Assembly: GCF_004010195.1 (NCBI RefSeq)
Contig: NC_057719.1
Span: 60,163,051 to 60,227,050, forward strand
Source of the DNA: Chiloscyllium plagiosum
Lineage: Eukaryota
Reading direction: 5' to 3'
DNA: 64,000 nt
Part shown: positions 61,321 through 64,000 of the stretch, piece by piece
How the letters are laid out: every line of letters begins with the position of its first letter
How positions within the stretch are numbered: the first letter of the stretch is position 1
Notes under the pieces: generated by a model
Databases searched by the model: none
Seen by the model: only the letters and a program-made list of their open reading frames with translations
Told to the model about the DNA's origin: nothing
Translations under genes and position numbers: made by a program

Positions 61321-62937
61321 AGCTGCGTTACAATAATTCCTTTACACATTACTGCCATCTGGGAAATTTTCCAGGATCACGTGGATTGGCTGCCTATTCA
61401 GCACGAGTGAAAATTCACTCTCAATTGCGTGTCATTCACTTGAATTAGCAGTCTGCCTTTGCTGTCTTGGCTTTTGCACCAACATAATTGGCTCCTCCAT
61501 CACTGGGAATGTTTATGGAGCATTCACCTTTCATTAATTGTTTTATTGCTCATCAGCATTCATGACCAGATGTGGTAGCACTGCACAGCTTTGAACTAAT
61601 TTGCTGGTCATGTGATTGCTTAGTTCTATCAGGTAAGAGATCAGGTCAGCAGTCTGATCATTTTGTGACAGTGAAGAGCTCGAGATGGGGTCATCATTGC
61701 AGATGTGAAAACGTATCTGTTTTCAGATGGTGTCATTGAAAGGTAACATCTAGATGAGAAATAGGAGGGCCAATAATTAATTAGAGGACACGAGAAATAT
61801 AATGCAGGAATGCAAGATTAAGCTTTTTCAAGTAATATTCTGTCTATATCTGGGCAGCTCAGATTGGAGTTCTGAAGTGGAGTCCCACCCAGCTGGATGT
61901 TGGAATGGAGACATTGGTGGAAGACAGACTGGTTTATTATGTCAAAGGAGGATGAGGAAAGATAGTTTACCTTTGTCATGGTCATAAAGAGAAGAAGAAT
62001 GATTAAGGATTCAGTAAAATCAACAGTGTAAATGCTTCTTTGTAATAATGTATTAAAGAACAAATTTATGAGCTTGCTTTCAAGACTTTGACTTAAAAAC
62101 CATTTTAAATTCTTACTTTGTTGTTTATAATGACATTTGGACAGCTCAATGAGATTATTGCTTTATAATTATATTCAGGTAGTCATTGTTCTTTTCTATC
62201 AAAGTACTGCAAGTTTATTCAGCATCATGTTTTAAAAGAATCCCAATATTTTTAATGCCCAGAAATGCATTTGCAATGAAAGTAATCATTTGTAGCACAT
62301 CAAATAATATCTTTTAGTATGCGTTTAAATATAAACTCTTTTAGCAAATGTACTACTTCACAATTGTTGATATGTCATGCATGATTTATTGCTCCTACCT
62401 TATGGTGAGAAAAGCTTCTTTGTTACAATAACCTACAAATAACTAGGAATTCTTGAACACTTACAGACACAGTCCTGCACTTTCATATGAATACCCAGTA
62501 CACCGACATTGAAAATAATGTAAGAAAAGAAAGAATATTAGAAAAGATTAGCAGGTAACATAAAACAGAAATAAAAACAAAAAAACCCAGAAAAAGTAAA
62601 AAGATAAAAAAAGGAGTTGAGGCTAAGTAGGAACAAAATTCTTGCTGTAATGGCTTAGGGAATGATTGAAATACTGAATGAATAATATCCATCTGTCTTC
62701 ACAAAATAAAGTAAGTTAATGCTACAGCAGAAGGGGAGACAGTGATATTGGACTGATTAACAACAGATAAATAGGTTGTCAGCCTCAAAAATTATCAAAT
62801 CAACTGCGCCAGAGGGGACACAATTGGGTTTGCCGCTGGAACTAGGGGTGAAGATTGGTGAGGGCATGCTACTAGAATATGTCAAGCCACTTTGGTTATG
62901 GGAATGGGGTCAGTGGACTGGCCTATTGGCAATGTTC

Positions 62938-63247
62938 TGATTAGATTCGATTACATACAGTGTGGAAACAGGCCCTTTGGCCCAACAAGTCCACACTGAC
63001 TCTCCGAAAAGCAACCCACCCAGACCCATTCCCCTACATCTAACACTATGGGCAATTTAGCATAGCCAATTCACCTAACCTGCACATTTTTGGCCTGTGG
63101 GAGGAAACCGGAGCACCCGAAGGAAACCCACGCAGACACGGGGAGAATGTGCAAACTCCACACAGACAGTTGCCTGAGGCGGGAATTGAACCCAGGTCTC
63201 TGGTGCTATGAGGTAATAGTGCTAACCACTGTGCTACCGTGCCACCC
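62938..63247 (-). mobile_element. HE1-type V-SINE, full length
   Basis: GGGTGGCACGGTAGCACAGTGGTTAGCAC..., V domain and TCTAA tail on the minus strand. Confidence 0.93.
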
Positions 63248-63254
63248 ATAACTT

Positions 63255-63620
63255 CTGTTCAAAACAGGTATAAATCTGGCTCTGGAAACTATAGGCCTAT
63301 CAATGATAGGAAAGTTATTAAGGACAATTGTTAAGTACAAACTTAATTCTCACTTAGAGAAACATGGATTAATAAAAAGCAGTCAAATTAGATTTGTCAA
63401 AGGTAAATCATGTCTAGTTAACTTGATTAAGGTCTTTGATTAAGTAACAGAGATGGTTATGAAGATGATGTCGTAGATGGTGCATATATGGACTTTCTAA
63501 AGTGGTTAAGTGCCACATAACAGACCTGTTCACCAAGCAGAGGTGTTTATTATTAAAGAGACAGTTTAATAATGCTGTTATGTAAATGCTTAAGGGACAG
63601 AATGCAAAGTACAATGCTGT
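63255..63620 (+). mobile_element. Decayed CR1-clade LINE RT fragment
   Basis: GGAAACTATAGGCCTATC (GNYRPI), GGTAAATCATGTCTAGTTAACTTGATT (GKSCLVNLI), TATATGGACTTT (YMDF). Confidence 0.8.
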
Positions 63621-64000
63621 GTCTGGGTTTGTGAATTTCACAAGTTACAGTGGTTGCAGCACCTTCTCTCCCCTATCCTGAAACCAGCTAAGAAAATCAG
63701 TCAGGGAACATGTCAACAATCTTGGAAGTTGCACTGTAGCAAACTGATGGTACTGGCAACAGACTTCCCTCTTGGGAGGACATCATGCCTTAGAGAACTA
63801 CTGGTCAATCAGACGGCTAGTAGTTCTGCAGTCCTGGCAGTGGGAACTATGAGATGTGACCATTGCTAACACAAGGTGCACTGCCATTGTGCTGAGGAGC
63901 CCACTATATCCAGAGTCAAAAGTCTTGGCAAGAGGAGTAAGGATGAGGGAAAAGGCAGGTCAGTCAGATTCAAAACGTTGGGGTGTGTATTTTTGGGTTA

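Noticed and set aside
1..64000. CRISPR array, operon or other prokaryotic system
   Set aside because: No regularly spaced repeat-spacer array or dense coding; the window is vertebrate repeat-rich DNA.

Overview
Repeat-dense, apparently intergenic or intronic DNA from a cartilaginous fish. The shark assignment is inferred from multiple HE1-type V-SINEs, SacSINE1/DeuSINE copies and CR1-type LINEs. I found no intact host protein-coding gene, rRNA or tRNA gene. The ORFs I could interpret are transposon remnants or chance ORFs. The window holds CR1-clade LINE pieces (including an ORF1 with zinc-finger/leucine-zipper and GDSL esterase motifs), a decayed near-full-length L1-clade LINE, two decayed Ty3/Gypsy LTR elements, Penelope-like element (PLE) fragments with a GIY-YIG nuclease, Harbinger-like Myb-gene remnants, MITEs and a 559-nt assembly gap. 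The most notable signal is a set of small, TSD-flanked, often palindromic Penelope pseudo-LTR insertions. Three of these families carry minimal hammerhead ribozyme motifs (CUGANGA...GAAA) with different stems. Also notable are a CpG-rich Mutator/Phantom-like MITE, a 98-bp templated duplication and a double hairpin at an LTR/LINE junction. All calls are by eye; no searches were run.
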